Origin: a virus | Lineage: Duplodnaviria > Caudoviricetes | Virus record (IMG/VR): IMGVR_UViG_3300028790_000007 | Location: 1 to 55,735 of that record | Reading direction: 5' to 3' (one strand) | DNA length: 55,735 nucleotides | Part shown: positions 45,001 to 54,067 of the stretch, piece by piece | Position numbering within the stretch: position 1 is the first letter of the stretch | Layout of the letters: every line of letters begins with the position of its first letter | Program-made: the position numbers and the translations under genes | Notes under the pieces: model-generated | Told to the model about the DNA's origin: nothing | Databases searched by the model: none | Seen by the model: only the letters and a program-made list of their open reading frames with translations

Positions 45001-46271
45001 GTCACCGAACCCTGAATGTCGAGGGTGACCTGCTCGGTGGTGTCCTGCTCCGGGGGGGAGATGGATCGGCCGACGATCTGCCCGATGATCTGGGTGGTCT
45101 GCCCGGTGGTGGTCTCCCCGATGCGCAGGGTGGCGTCGTCGCCCACGTCGTACATGAACACGGTGGGGGCGAGGTCGCCGCGGACCTTGATGCCGGACAC
45201 CTTCGTCTCGGAGGAGAGCTGCGCGAGGAGGGCGCCGCGGGCGTGACCGGTGACGGAGTCCTGGGTGCGGAGATCCTGAGTGGAGGAGCCCAGCGACGCC
45301 TCGTAGACGGGATACCCGGCGGCGCTCTCGTCGCGGGTGGTGGTGGAGGAATCCACGACAGCGCGGAGCTGGTTGGGGCCGGTGCCCTCCCCGAGGGCGG
45401 TCACCCGGTTGTGGACGCCCCCACCGTCCTCGGCGATCGTCAGGTCATCGACGTAGCCCCAGCGGGACCGCATGTCGGCGCGTTCGGTGGACCAGCGCAG
45501 GTCGGCGGGCGCGGTCCGGCCCAGCCGCGGGTAGCCCATGTCGAGGCGGACACGGAGGGTGGTGAGGTCTCCGGGGGTGCCCCACTCGGGGACGAGCCGC
45601 CAGTCGAATCCGGCGCCGGAGCGGGACAGCTCCAGGCAGTTCTCCAGGACCGGTTTGAGGTCGGCGGCGAGGTAGGTGCGGTCGGCGACGACACCGGACG
45701 TGTTCCACGGCGGCGAGGGGAGGGCGCCCGCGAGGGCGTAGTCCAGCCCGGCGGTGTGCGGGCTCATCGACGGGTACAGGCCGGTGGAGGTGGGCTGCAT
45801 GAAACCCTCGGAGACGAGCCACCGCATGATCAGGAACTTGTCGGCGGCGGCCCAGGTGGAGTCGCCGGACAGCCGCCGTTGCAGGTAGGACTCCCAGGAC
45901 ACGGCGGTCAGCTTCATGGTGCGGGCGGCGTGCTGCCGGGCGCGGCCCATGATGACGCCTCCCCACATGATGCGGGTGTCGATGACGGTGCGGGTGGCGG
46001 GGTCCCGTTCCTGCCGTTCCGCCCACAGGCAGGAGCGGCGGGGGACGGTGGAGCCGAACGGGTCTCGGCGGCGGACGGCCTCGGAGGCGAGGGGGACGGT
46101 GCCGGAGGCGGAGGAGGCGCCGGACAGCACCGTATCGAACGTGGTGTCGGTCATCGGCAGGGTGGCGAGGAGACGGCCGGAGCGGAAGTCGGTGAAGTGG
46201 TAGCGCCAGCGCACCAGCCGGGGGTCGGCGCGTGCCAGCAGCCCGGCCGGTGCGGTCAGCAGCGAGGTCAC
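44997..46271 (-). CDS. Minor tail protein (baseplate hub/Gp37-like)
   Basis: Y.F.D..SG..LA.LP, WGG.I, GFDW, YPRLG, ALGEG.G, YDVGD. Confidence 0.75.
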   Translation of the reverse strand: MTSLLTAPAGLLARADPRLVRWRYHFTDFRSGRLLATLPMTDTTFDTVLSGASSASGTVPLASEAVRRRDPFGSTVPRRSCLWAERQERDPATRTVIDTRIMWGGVIMGRARQHAARTMKLTAVSWESYLQRRLSGDSTWAAADKFLIMRWLVSEGFMQPTSTGLYPSMSPHTAGLDYALAGALPSPPWNTSGVVADRTYLAADLKPVLENCLELSRSGAGFDWRLVPEWGTPGDLTTLRVRLDMGYPRLGRTAPADLRWSTERADMRSRWGYVDDLTIAEDGGGVHNRVTALGEGTGPNQLRAVVDSSTTTRDESAAGYPVYEASLGSSTQDLRTQDSVTGHARGALLAQLSSETKVSGIKVRGDLAPTVFMYDVGDDATLRIGETTTGQTTQIIGQIVGRSISPPEQDTTEQVTLDIQGSVT

Positions 46272-47023
46272 CAGCGGGCGCCGCGGGCGCCGAACGCGGC
46301 CTTGGTGCGGGGGCCGACGGTCTCCCCGTTGGCGTCGGCGCCGGTGATGCCGCACTGCTTCTGGGCGGCCTTGACCACGTCACGGGTCTGGTTGAGGTAG
46401 TTGCCGGTGGCGGGGAGGAGGGGGAGGGCGGGCACCCAGTTGTAGCGGTTGAGGAAGCCTTGGAGGGCTCTCACCCCGGCGTCGTTCCGCATGCCGTAGG
46501 TGAGGGTGCGGAGGCTGTTGGGGTCGAAGCCTGCGGCCGGGGGGGCGTGGGGGGCTTCGGTGACGGCGGCGTAGGCGGGATGCCCGTAGCCGACGACGGA
46601 TGTCTGGGAGCGGCGGCGCCGCCACACGCCTCCCCCGTCGGACTGGTTGCCGCCCGTGCCGGAGGTGGTGTTGCCTTCGATGGTGGTGAGGGTGCCGTCC
46701 TCGTTGACGGCCTCCACGATGCCGACGTGCTGGATGCGGGGCACGCTGTCCGGCCAGTCGTAGAAGACGAGGGAGCCGACGCGGGGCTGGCGGCTGGCCT
46801 GCCCTTTCTGTACGAACCAGTTGTAGAAGGTGGGGGTGTAGGCGGTCTTGGGGATGAGGTCGGACGCCCCGGCCTCCCGGAACACCCACCACTGGAACTC
46901 GGCGCACCAGGCGACGCCGTTCATGCCGTAGGCGGCGCCGTACGGGGTGTTGCCGTCGCTGTCCTCAACGGTGCCGAGTTGGGAGCGGGCCACGTCGAGG
47001 ACAGCTCCGGGGGTGGCGGTCAC
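46268..47023 (-). CDS. Endolysin (CHAP peptidase plus peptidoglycan-binding domain)
   Basis: AWCAEF..WVF, HVGIV, TIEGNT; C-terminal V.ALQ..LN...TG.Y...T..VV...Q...GP.T. Confidence 0.88.
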   Translation of the reverse strand: MTATPGAVLDVARSQLGTVEDSDGNTPYGAAYGMNGVAWCAEFQWWVFREAGASDLIPKTAYTPTFYNWFVQKGQASRQPRVGSLVFYDWPDSVPRIQHVGIVEAVNEDGTLTTIEGNTTSGTGGNQSDGGGVWRRRRSQTSVVGYGHPAYAAVTEAPHAPPAAGFDPNSLRTLTYGMRNDAGVRALQGFLNRYNWVPALPLLPATGNYLNQTRDVVKAAQKQCGITGADANGETVGPRTKAAFGARGARW

Positions 47024-47181
47024 TTCGTCTCCTCGGCGGCGGTCTGCGTGCCCGGCGGCAGCCAGGCGGGGTCCTGCTCGATCGGCTCAACGTCGTCCGG
47101 GTCACCGGGCTTGGGGCCGTTGTCGGTGTACTCCACCCGCCGGTCGTCGGCGGTGAGGTCGTCCTGCTTGCGCTGAGCCAT
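47020..47181 (-). CDS. Small acidic protein upstream of endolysin (53 aa)
   Basis: TAGGCT-N7-ATG start; GTGA overlap with the endolysin. Confidence 0.5.
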   Translation of the reverse strand: MAQRKQDDLTADDRRVEYTDNGPKPGDPDDVEPIEQDPAWLPPGTQTAAEETK

Positions 47182-47215
47182 GGCGGGCAGCCTATCGGGG
47201 GGTTGAGGGGCAGGG

Positions 47216-48343
47216 TCAGGAGTTACCGATCCACGTCATCTCGAAGCGGGGGGTGATCTCGACACCGGCCGCGATGAAGTTCAGCGTTCCGGCGACGGAG
47301 ATGTAGAGCAGGAACTCCACGTAGTCTCCGGCGGCGAGCTTCATGGTGGTGTCCGACTGCACCTCGGCGGCCTGGTTGGTGATGTGCCCCAGGGAGTTGC
47401 TGCGCCGCGAGAGACCGTCGCTGCCCTTGCGGAACGCGGTGAACATGTCGAGGTTTCCGTGACCCTGTGCGATCGAACCGATCCCCGAGCAGTGGTAGAT
47501 GCCGTCAATGGGGGCGATCATGCGGGTGGGCTGCGCCGCGGACCACATGCTCGTGTCAGTCGTGTCCGCGGTGATCATCAGCTCCCAGATGGTCGGGGTC
47601 CACACCTGCCCGACGATCCCGCCAGTCGTGGTTGTCCGGCGGACGACGCAGGTGGGGATCGGCCCGGTGCTGAACAGCCATTTGGTGCCGTTCCACAGCC
47701 ACACGCGGCCGGTGGAGAGGGCGAGGACCTCCAGGCCGGGGTAGCGGTCCGCGGAGGGGATGGCGAGCCGGGCGGCCTCGTCGGTGACGGGGTAGACCTC
47801 TCCACGGATGACTGTCCGCGGGTTGTACGGGGTGAGGGTGACGGTCTGCCCGGTGGGGGGGATGAGGATCTCGCCGAGGGCGAGGGAGTTGGCGGGCAGC
47901 GCAGGCAGGGCGGCGGCGCCGGAGGTGGCGGCGAGGGCACCGTCCAGCGGGTACAGGCGGGCCCGGTCGGTGGTGCCGGAGGATCCGACCCCGGCGGTCT
48001 GCGAGTCGTTGACCTCGATGAGCACCAGGGATTTGCGGAACTGGGTGGCGTGCTGCGCGGTGACGGCGAGGGTGACGGCGGCGTCGTTGGTGACGAGGGC
48101 GGGGCCCGCGGTGAGGTCCTGCGTGTTCTGCACGACAGCGCGGAACGGCTGCACGGTGCAGGTTGTCGGGGTCGGCAGCGTCACCTCGCCGTTCTGGCCG
48201 GTGGGCCCGACGATGCAGCCGGAGCGGGTGGTGATCCCGGCGCCGAGGGGCATCGCCATCGCGCCGATGTTCTGCCGGAGGAGGCGGCCGGACAGCACCT
48301 GACCGGCGGCGCCGAGGGCGTACGGGGGACTCAGGACAGCCAC
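47216..48343 (-). CDS. Minor tail / receptor-binding protein
   Basis: Beta-rich; W.WNGT.W; C-terminal C1q-like (API.GIY...L.AGDYVE) domain. Confidence 0.7.
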   Translation of the reverse strand: MAVLSPPYALGAAGQVLSGRLLRQNIGAMAMPLGAGITTRSGCIVGPTGQNGEVTLPTPTTCTVQPFRAVVQNTQDLTAGPALVTNDAAVTLAVTAQHATQFRKSLVLIEVNDSQTAGVGSSGTTDRARLYPLDGALAATSGAAALPALPANSLALGEILIPPTGQTVTLTPYNPRTVIRGEVYPVTDEAARLAIPSADRYPGLEVLALSTGRVWLWNGTKWLFSTGPIPTCVVRRTTTTGGIVGQVWTPTIWELMITADTTDTSMWSAAQPTRMIAPIDGIYHCSGIGSIAQGHGNLDMFTAFRKGSDGLSRRSNSLGHITNQAAEVQSDTTMKLAAGDYVEFLLYISVAGTLNFIAAGVEITPRFEMTWIGNS

Positions 48344-48350
48344 GGGGCGC

Positions 48351-49274
48351 TCACTTCCAGGAGGGGGCGGTGGTCACGGTCAGGCCAGCGGCCTGGTCGG
48401 TGCCGCCGGTTGCGGACCGCAGGCGCACCTCGTCGCCTCCGGCGGGGATGAGGGGGAAGGTGGATCCGGCGCCCCAGGCGTCGTAGCGGTTGACGCCGTT
48501 GACGGTGGATGTTCCGGCGGCGGTGTCCACCACCCACACGTCGAGGGCTCCGAGGTCGGTGTTGAGGGCCACGTAGGGGCCGCGCCCCAGTTGGATGCGG
48601 GGGCGGGGGACGGGCCCGGTGACGGTGTAGATGGCGTGGGAGTCCTCGTCCCCGGCGTTGGGGACGGTGACGACGGTGACGGCGATGGTGCCACCGGCTG
48701 AGGTCCACGGCATGACGGCGCCGCTGGCGCCCATCGGGTAGCCGCCCTCCCCCCCGACGGTGGGGAGGCGGACGGGCCCGTAGACGGCGGCGGAGCCGGT
48801 TTTGATGGGGTCCTCGGCGACGAGGGTGAACGAGAAGTCCGCCACCCGATCATCGAGGACCCGCCAGCGGGGTTTGCCGGTGGGCCGCACCCACAGCCCC
48901 ATCGCGGCCGGTGTCTCGTCCAGGTGCGTGTACCGCAGGAAGCTGCTGAGTTGCCCCAGGAGGGCCCGCAGGAGCCTCCGGTAGGCGTCGTCCAGGGCGG
49001 CGGGTGTCGGGGCGGTGACGGTGCCCTCGAAGGCCAGGACACGCTCCTCGTAGGTGGACTCCCCGAGGTAGGAGCCGTGACCGCCCTGCCGCCGGTCGGA
49101 GGGGGTGGTCACCTCGGGGGAATCCCAGCCGTCCGGCACGTCGCACGCCCACATGCAGCCGTAGGTGTCGGCGTCGTTGAGGACGATCAGCGGCGCCTCG
49201 GGGAGGCCGAGGGCGTAGCGGGTGCGGCGCCCGGCGGTCAGGTAGGCGCGGTCGTCGGCGGCGAGGACGCTCAT
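48351..49274 (-). CDS. Distal tail protein (Dit-like)
   Basis: Directly after TMP; GW.SP, HG, R...FEG, L.A.DP, N.G motifs. Confidence 0.75.
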   Translation of the reverse strand: MSVLAADDRAYLTAGRRTRYALGLPEAPLIVLNDADTYGCMWACDVPDGWDSPEVTTPSDRRQGGHGSYLGESTYEERVLAFEGTVTAPTPAALDDAYRRLLRALLGQLSSFLRYTHLDETPAAMGLWVRPTGKPRWRVLDDRVADFSFTLVAEDPIKTGSAAVYGPVRLPTVGGEGGYPMGASGAVMPWTSAGGTIAVTVVTVPNAGDEDSHAIYTVTGPVPRPRIQLGRGPYVALNTDLGALDVWVVDTAAGTSTVNGVNRYDAWGAGSTFPLIPAGGDEVRLRSATGGTDQAAGLTVTTAPSWK

Positions 49275-51817
49275 GCGAGGGCTCCGGTGGCGCCGATGCG
49301 GCGGGTGATGCCCGCGTTGAGCCGCCACACGGTGTCCTGAGTGACGCGGGCGGCGAGGACGGCGCCGGACTCGCCCGGCTGCTGCGTGATCTCGTTGTGC
49401 ACGGTGAGCCCTCCGCCGGTTGCGGCGTCCATCGCTGTCCCGGCGGCGATGGTGCCGGACAGCAGGTCACCCAGCAGCCGGTCGGCGATGAGCCGCTGCT
49501 GTGGGGTGATGACCCGCTCCTGGTCGCGGAGCAGCGCCAGGCCCTCCCCCTGCCCGGAGTCGAAGATGCCGCCGGAGTGCAGTTTGGGGATGGAGGGGAT
49601 GTGCGGCACGTCGGAGAACGGATTGACCAGGTTGACGCCGTCGATGAGGACGTTGACCCCGCCGATGACGAACTTGTTGATGGTGCCGATGATCCCGTTG
49701 ATCGCGGTTTTGATGGCGGCGCCGATGCCGTCCCAGACGGCGCCGACGGTGGAGGCGATGCCGGAGAACACGGAGCCCACGAAGTCTTTGATCTTGTTGA
49801 AGGCGCCGGTGATGATGCCCCAGATCCAGTCGAGGGCTCCGCGGATGGCGTTGCCGATCGTGTTCCAGACGGTGGTGACGACGGTGACGACGGCGTTGAA
49901 CACGGTGGAGATGACCGTCCACCACATGTTCAGGTACCACTTGATGGCGTCCCCGATGAAGCCGAGGGCGGCGGAGATGGCGCCCTTGATCCACTCCCAG
50001 ACGCCTTGGATGAAGCCCCAGATGGCGGTGAAGGCGGCGATCGTCCAGCCTTTGACGGTCTCCCAGTTGGCGATGATCAGGGCGACGAGGCCGATGACGG
50101 CGGCAATGATCCAGCCGATCGGGCCGAGGGCGATGAACCAGGCGGCGGCCATGCGGGCGGCCTGGATGAGGGACTGCGCGGCCATCAGCACCCATCCGGC
50201 GACGACTCCGGCGACGGTGGCGGCGACGGAGGCGACCATGACGGCGCCCTGCGCGACGAACCCGGCGGCCATGACGGCGAGGGAGATGACGGTGCGGATC
50301 TGCGCGGCCACCCAGGCGGCGGCGGTGCGGGCGGCGGAGGCGGCGGCCTGAATCCCCATCCACACCCATTGGGCGACGACGACGGCGGCGGAGGCGACGG
50401 CCTGCGCGCCGAGGGCGATCCAGCGGACGATCATTCCGGCGATCTGCGCGGAGTGGACGGCGGCGGCCTGGATGGCGCCCACCTTGGAGGCGACCCACAT
50501 GGCGGCGGTGGTGGCGCCGGTGAGGACGGCCTGCGCGGCGAGCGCCAGCAGGTGGGGGATGAAGACGGCGGCGATGACGGCGGCGATGACGCTGATGGTG
50601 GTGGAGTTGTCGTCCACCCAGCCGGTGAAGTCCTTGACGGCGGGGATGATGTCGTCGGTGATGATCCCCGCCACGTAGGAGACGGCCGGGCCGAAGTGGT
50701 CGTTGAGCCAGCCGGACACCTCCTGCACCTTGGGGATGACCTGGCCGCCGAGGAAGTCCACGGCGAGGGACTGCGCGGTGCGCATGAACTGGGTCATGTT
50801 GGTGGAGGCGTTGTCGTTGAGGGTCTGCCCCATGCGGTCGGCGGCGCCGGACACGTCCCCCAGCCCTCCCCCGGCGGCGGACAGTGACTTGAGGAACTCG
50901 GGCACCTTCGCGGTGCCGATGTCCTCCAGGGGGGTGCCGAACAGGGCGATGGCGGTGTTGGCCTGGGTGGCGGGGTCCTTGATCTTGAGGAGGCCGTCGA
51001 TGATCTTCTGGGTGGCGCCCTTGGCGGTGTCTCCTCCGGCGAGGATGCGGTTGGCCATCGTCTGCGCGTCGAGGCCGATGGAGTCGTAGGCGGCGGTGGA
51101 GCTGGCGGACATGTCGGTGGCGCGGATGGTGAATTCTTTGATCGCGTCCCCGGCCTTGTCGATGCCGTACATGCCCTGCTCGGCGCCCTTGACGAGGGTG
51201 CCGAACGCCTCGGAGCCGGAGTAGCCGAGGGACGCGAAGAAGGTGCCGTACTCGTCGGCGGCGTCCAGCACGTCCTCGCGGAGGGCGGCGGGCACCTTCT
51301 GGGAGGCGGCGGTGAGCAGGTCGAACGCCTCGGTGCCATCCTTGGCGAGGCCGGTGCGCATGAGCTGCCCGGCGATCTGCGTGGCCCGGTTCACGTCCAC
51401 GTCGAAGGTGGTGGCGAAGTTGAGGGCGGTGCCGGTCAGCGCCTCCAGGTCCGCGGAGGAGGCGGTGGCCATGCCATCGATGGAGGTCATGACGGCGCCG
51501 ACGGCGGCGTTGACGGTCTCCATGCTGTCGCCGTAGGCGTTGGCGAACAGGTTCCCGGCGACCTTGCCGACCTCGGCGGATTTGCCTTCGGTGAGGCCGA
51601 GGGAGGCGGCGAGCCGGTCGGACAGGGCGCCCCGTTCGAGGGCCTGGGAGAAGCCTTCGCCGATGGCGAGGGCCCCACCGATGGCGGCCCCCATGGCGGC
51701 GGCGCCCTTGCCGCCGAGTTTGCTCATCGCGCCGACGATGCCGCCCTCGGCGTCGTCCTCGAACTTGTCGGTGTCGGGGCGGACGCGGACGGCGGCGTCA
51801 CCGACGACGACAGCCAC
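49271..51817 (-). CDS. Tape measure protein
   Basis: 848 aa; Ala/Gly-rich; D...D...EY..F, DK.GDAIKEF.IR, ALFGTP.ED; W-periodic repeats. Confidence 0.92.
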   Translation of the reverse strand: MAVVVGDAAVRVRPDTDKFEDDAEGGIVGAMSKLGGKGAAAMGAAIGGALAIGEGFSQALERGALSDRLAASLGLTEGKSAEVGKVAGNLFANAYGDSMETVNAAVGAVMTSIDGMATASSADLEALTGTALNFATTFDVDVNRATQIAGQLMRTGLAKDGTEAFDLLTAASQKVPAALREDVLDAADEYGTFFASLGYSGSEAFGTLVKGAEQGMYGIDKAGDAIKEFTIRATDMSASSTAAYDSIGLDAQTMANRILAGGDTAKGATQKIIDGLLKIKDPATQANTAIALFGTPLEDIGTAKVPEFLKSLSAAGGGLGDVSGAADRMGQTLNDNASTNMTQFMRTAQSLAVDFLGGQVIPKVQEVSGWLNDHFGPAVSYVAGIITDDIIPAVKDFTGWVDDNSTTISVIAAVIAAVFIPHLLALAAQAVLTGATTAAMWVASKVGAIQAAAVHSAQIAGMIVRWIALGAQAVASAAVVVAQWVWMGIQAAASAARTAAAWVAAQIRTVISLAVMAAGFVAQGAVMVASVAATVAGVVAGWVLMAAQSLIQAARMAAAWFIALGPIGWIIAAVIGLVALIIANWETVKGWTIAAFTAIWGFIQGVWEWIKGAISAALGFIGDAIKWYLNMWWTVISTVFNAVVTVVTTVWNTIGNAIRGALDWIWGIITGAFNKIKDFVGSVFSGIASTVGAVWDGIGAAIKTAINGIIGTINKFVIGGVNVLIDGVNLVNPFSDVPHIPSIPKLHSGGIFDSGQGEGLALLRDQERVITPQQRLIADRLLGDLLSGTIAAGTAMDAATGGGLTVHNEITQQPGESGAVLAARVTQDTVWRLNAGITRRIGATGALA

Positions 51818-51829
51818 CCGGCGGCCTCC

Positions 51830-52116
51830 TCACATCGGCGCGTTCTTCATGGCCCGCTGGTGGGCTGGCAGCTTGCCCCAGGTGGCCCGGTCGGGTTTGC
51901 CGGTGGACTGCGAGTCGAGCGCTGCGTCCACCTTCTCCCGATGGTCTCGGGCCTCCTTGGTGTCCTCCACCACCAGGCAGTAGATCAGATCCCACAGGGC
52001 AGTTGCGGGGAGCGCGGTGAGGTCGGTGCAGTGGAGGCGGGTCAGCGCTTGCGACCGGACCCACGGGGCGTTGACTGCGGCCCACGCCCAGAGGACGCGG
52101 GCCGCCCCGTAGGGCG
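51830..52116 (-). CDS. Tail assembly chaperone -1 frame extension (GT)
   Basis: -1 frame ORF overlapping the end of the chaperone, ending 13 bp before the TMP start; no clear start of its own. Confidence 0.65.
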
Positions 52117-52779
52117 TCCCCCGGACTGTTCGATCAGCCACTTGGAGGTGTCGATGAGGGCGTCCAGCTCCACCCGGTAGTAGGTGCTGGACATGATGAA
52201 CGCGAAGCGTCGGCGGGAGGAGCCGTCCCGGAACTCGTCGTAGCCGAGGTCGTCGTAGGGGACCAGTTCGCCGTCCCACCGCTCGTACAGCAGGGGGCCC
52301 TCCGGATCGACCTCGGTGGGTTCGCCGCGGAGGGCGCGGGAGTCCAGGTCGCCCTCGTCCTCCAGGGCGGGCTCGTCGATGCCGGGCGGGGACCAGTCGG
52401 TGGGGACACCGTCGTCATCCAGCAGGGAGGTCGCGAGGACGAACGCGGTGGCGTTGGCCTGCTCCATCTCGGTCTGGGCCTGCATGAGACGGAGGATGCC
52501 TCCGGCGTCGAGCTTGGTGTAGACGGTGAACGGCACCTGCTCGGTGACCTTCTTGCCGCGGTGCCGGTAGCGCACCTCCAGCCCGAACTGCTTGGTGGGG
52601 ACGGCGACCCGGTCGTCCACCTTGCCGAACACCGGCACCCCGTCGGGCAGCGGCTGCGGCGGGTCGAGGGGGGCGGGCGCGGTCCGGCCGGTGACCGGCG
52701 GGTAGGCGGGCAGCGGCGGCGTCGGCGGCGCGGGGGGTGCGGAGGTCTCGGGGGTCGTCACGGCGGTCAGCGTAACCAT
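52042..52779 (-). CDS. Tail assembly chaperone (G)
   Basis: Upstream of TMP; ends WLIEQSGGRPT..; possible true start is GTG at 52761. Confidence 0.7.
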   Translation of the reverse strand: MVTLTAVTTPETSAPPAPPTPPLPAYPPVTGRTAPAPLDPPQPLPDGVPVFGKVDDRVAVPTKQFGLEVRYRHRGKKVTEQVPFTVYTKLDAGGILRLMQAQTEMEQANATAFVLATSLLDDDGVPTDWSPPGIDEPALEDEGDLDSRALRGEPTEVDPEGPLLYERWDGELVPYDDLGYDEFRDGSSRRRFAFIMSSTYYRVELDALIDTSKWLIEQSGGRPTGRPASSGRGPQSTPRGSGRKR

Positions 52780-52899
52780 GCCGGGGGGTGAGTTGCGGGG
52801 GGTAGGGGGGAGCGCTCTGGTCGGAGCGGTTCACCCTTTCGGGGGGTGCCCCCGCGTGCCCGGCTAAAGGGGGGGACAGTTTCGGCCGATGGTAGGGAC

Positions 52900-53196
52900 A
52901 TGACCACGACTACCGCCCCCCGCGTTACCGCTGCCGCCCTCTCCGCGGCCGCCACCCGCCTCCTCGGCACCGTCGTCCTGGACGTGGCCGACGGCCTGGC
53001 GGGCCCGGCCATCTACCAGCCGCGCCTCGCGGCGTTCCTGACCATCGACGGCGAGGACCTCGGCGAGGACGACGGCACCCTGATCGTCCTCGTGCCGGTG
53101 GGTCACGCCACGGAGCTGATCGCGGAGCACGGCTCCGCCGGTCGGGCCGCCGCGGTCGTCAACGCGGAGCTGCGCCGCGAGTGGCGCGCCGTCTAG
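52900..53196 (+). CDS. Hypothetical protein
   Basis: First gene of the plus-strand island; GGGGGACAG motif upstream. Confidence 0.55.
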   Translation: MTTTTAPRVTAAALSAAATRLLGTVVLDVADGLAGPAIYQPRLAAFLTIDGEDLGEDDGTLIVLVPVGHATELIAEHGSAGRAAAVVNAELRREWRAV

Positions 53197-53224
53197 ACAT
53201 CCCCCCGTTAGGTGTGTGCATAAT
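53194..53224 (+). promoter_or_regulatory. Repeated promoter cassette copy 9 (inverted)
   Basis: TAGACA-N19-CATAAT with the GTTAGGTGTGTG spacer; lacks the GGGGGACAG tail. Confidence 0.8.
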
Positions 53225-53261
53225 GAGCGCGCACGATCCCACGCCACCGAAGGAGATCACC

Positions 53262-53417
53262 ATGGCCCGCAGCCGACGCATTGCCGCCCGCATCACCAAC
53301 GTCCACCCGACACCCCGCATCTGCGAGGTATGCCCGGACCCCATCGTCAACGGTCAGGGCGCCTACGTCACCACTGACGAGCGCGCCACCCACCTCGCCT
53401 GCCCGGCCGTCCGATGA
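53262..53417 (+). CDS. Small Zn-finger protein
   Basis: CEVC...H..C; CACGCCA..AAGGAG leader. Confidence 0.55.
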   Translation: MARSRRIAARITNVHPTPRICEVCPDPIVNGQGAYVTTDERATHLACPAVR

Positions 53418-54067
53418 CCGCCGTCGTGTACGACCTCGCGGTGGTGCGGGGCGCGATCGGCGCGGCCCGGCCGATGAGCCAGGCGGAGATTGACGCCGAG
53501 GTTGCGGCGATCCGCGCGGAGCTGGTCCGGCCGTTGCAGCGGCTCGCTGTCCTCCGCGAGGCGGGGGCGCACCTGACCTCGTTCGGCCCGGACACGCTGT
53601 GGCATGAGGCGTGCCTGCGGTGGTTCGGGGACCTCGCGGACCTGCGGCTGACCGGCACCAAGGCGGCCATCGCGGAGCGGGAAGCCCTCATCTGGTCGAT
53701 GCGGGAGGCGGGGGACTCCACCCGCGTCATCCGCGACCGGCTGGGGGTGGGCGCCTCGGCGGTCGCGGATGCGCTGGCGAAGCACGATCCGGCGCCGGAC
53801 ACGATCATCGCCACCGACGGGCGGGTGCTGTCCGCGAGGACGGGCCGCCGGGCGCCGGAGCCGGTGACCGGGCCGAAGTGGCGGCGGGCGGCGGCGCTGC
53901 TGCGGCAGGCGCCGGACGGCCTCACCATCGCCTCCCTGGCGAAGGCGGGGGGCTGGTCGGAGGGGTCCGCGTCGGGGCTGCTGTCGGACCTGCTGCGGCG
54001 GGGTCTCGCGGTCCGCTCCGAGGACCGGCGGGACGGCATGCGGGTGCACCGGGCGGTGGAGTCGTGA
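53414..54067 (+). CDS. Double-HTH DNA-binding protein
   Basis: G.STR.I...LGVG...V..AL and GLT...LA...GW..G.ASG.LS.L.RRG. Confidence 0.6.
   Translation: MTAVVYDLAVVRGAIGAARPMSQAEIDAEVAAIRAELVRPLQRLAVLREAGAHLTSFGPDTLWHEACLRWFGDLADLRLTGTKAAIAEREALIWSMREAGDSTRVIRDRLGVGASAVADALAKHDPAPDTIIATDGRVLSARTGRRAPEPVTGPKWRRAAALLRQAPDGLTIASLAKAGGWSEGSASGLLSDLLRRGLAVRSEDRRDGMRVHRAVES

Noticed and set aside
49700-50600. Repetitive gcggcg/gatgac pattern as a DNA repeat element
   Set aside because: Explained by the Ala/Ile/Trp-periodic repeats of the tape measure protein.
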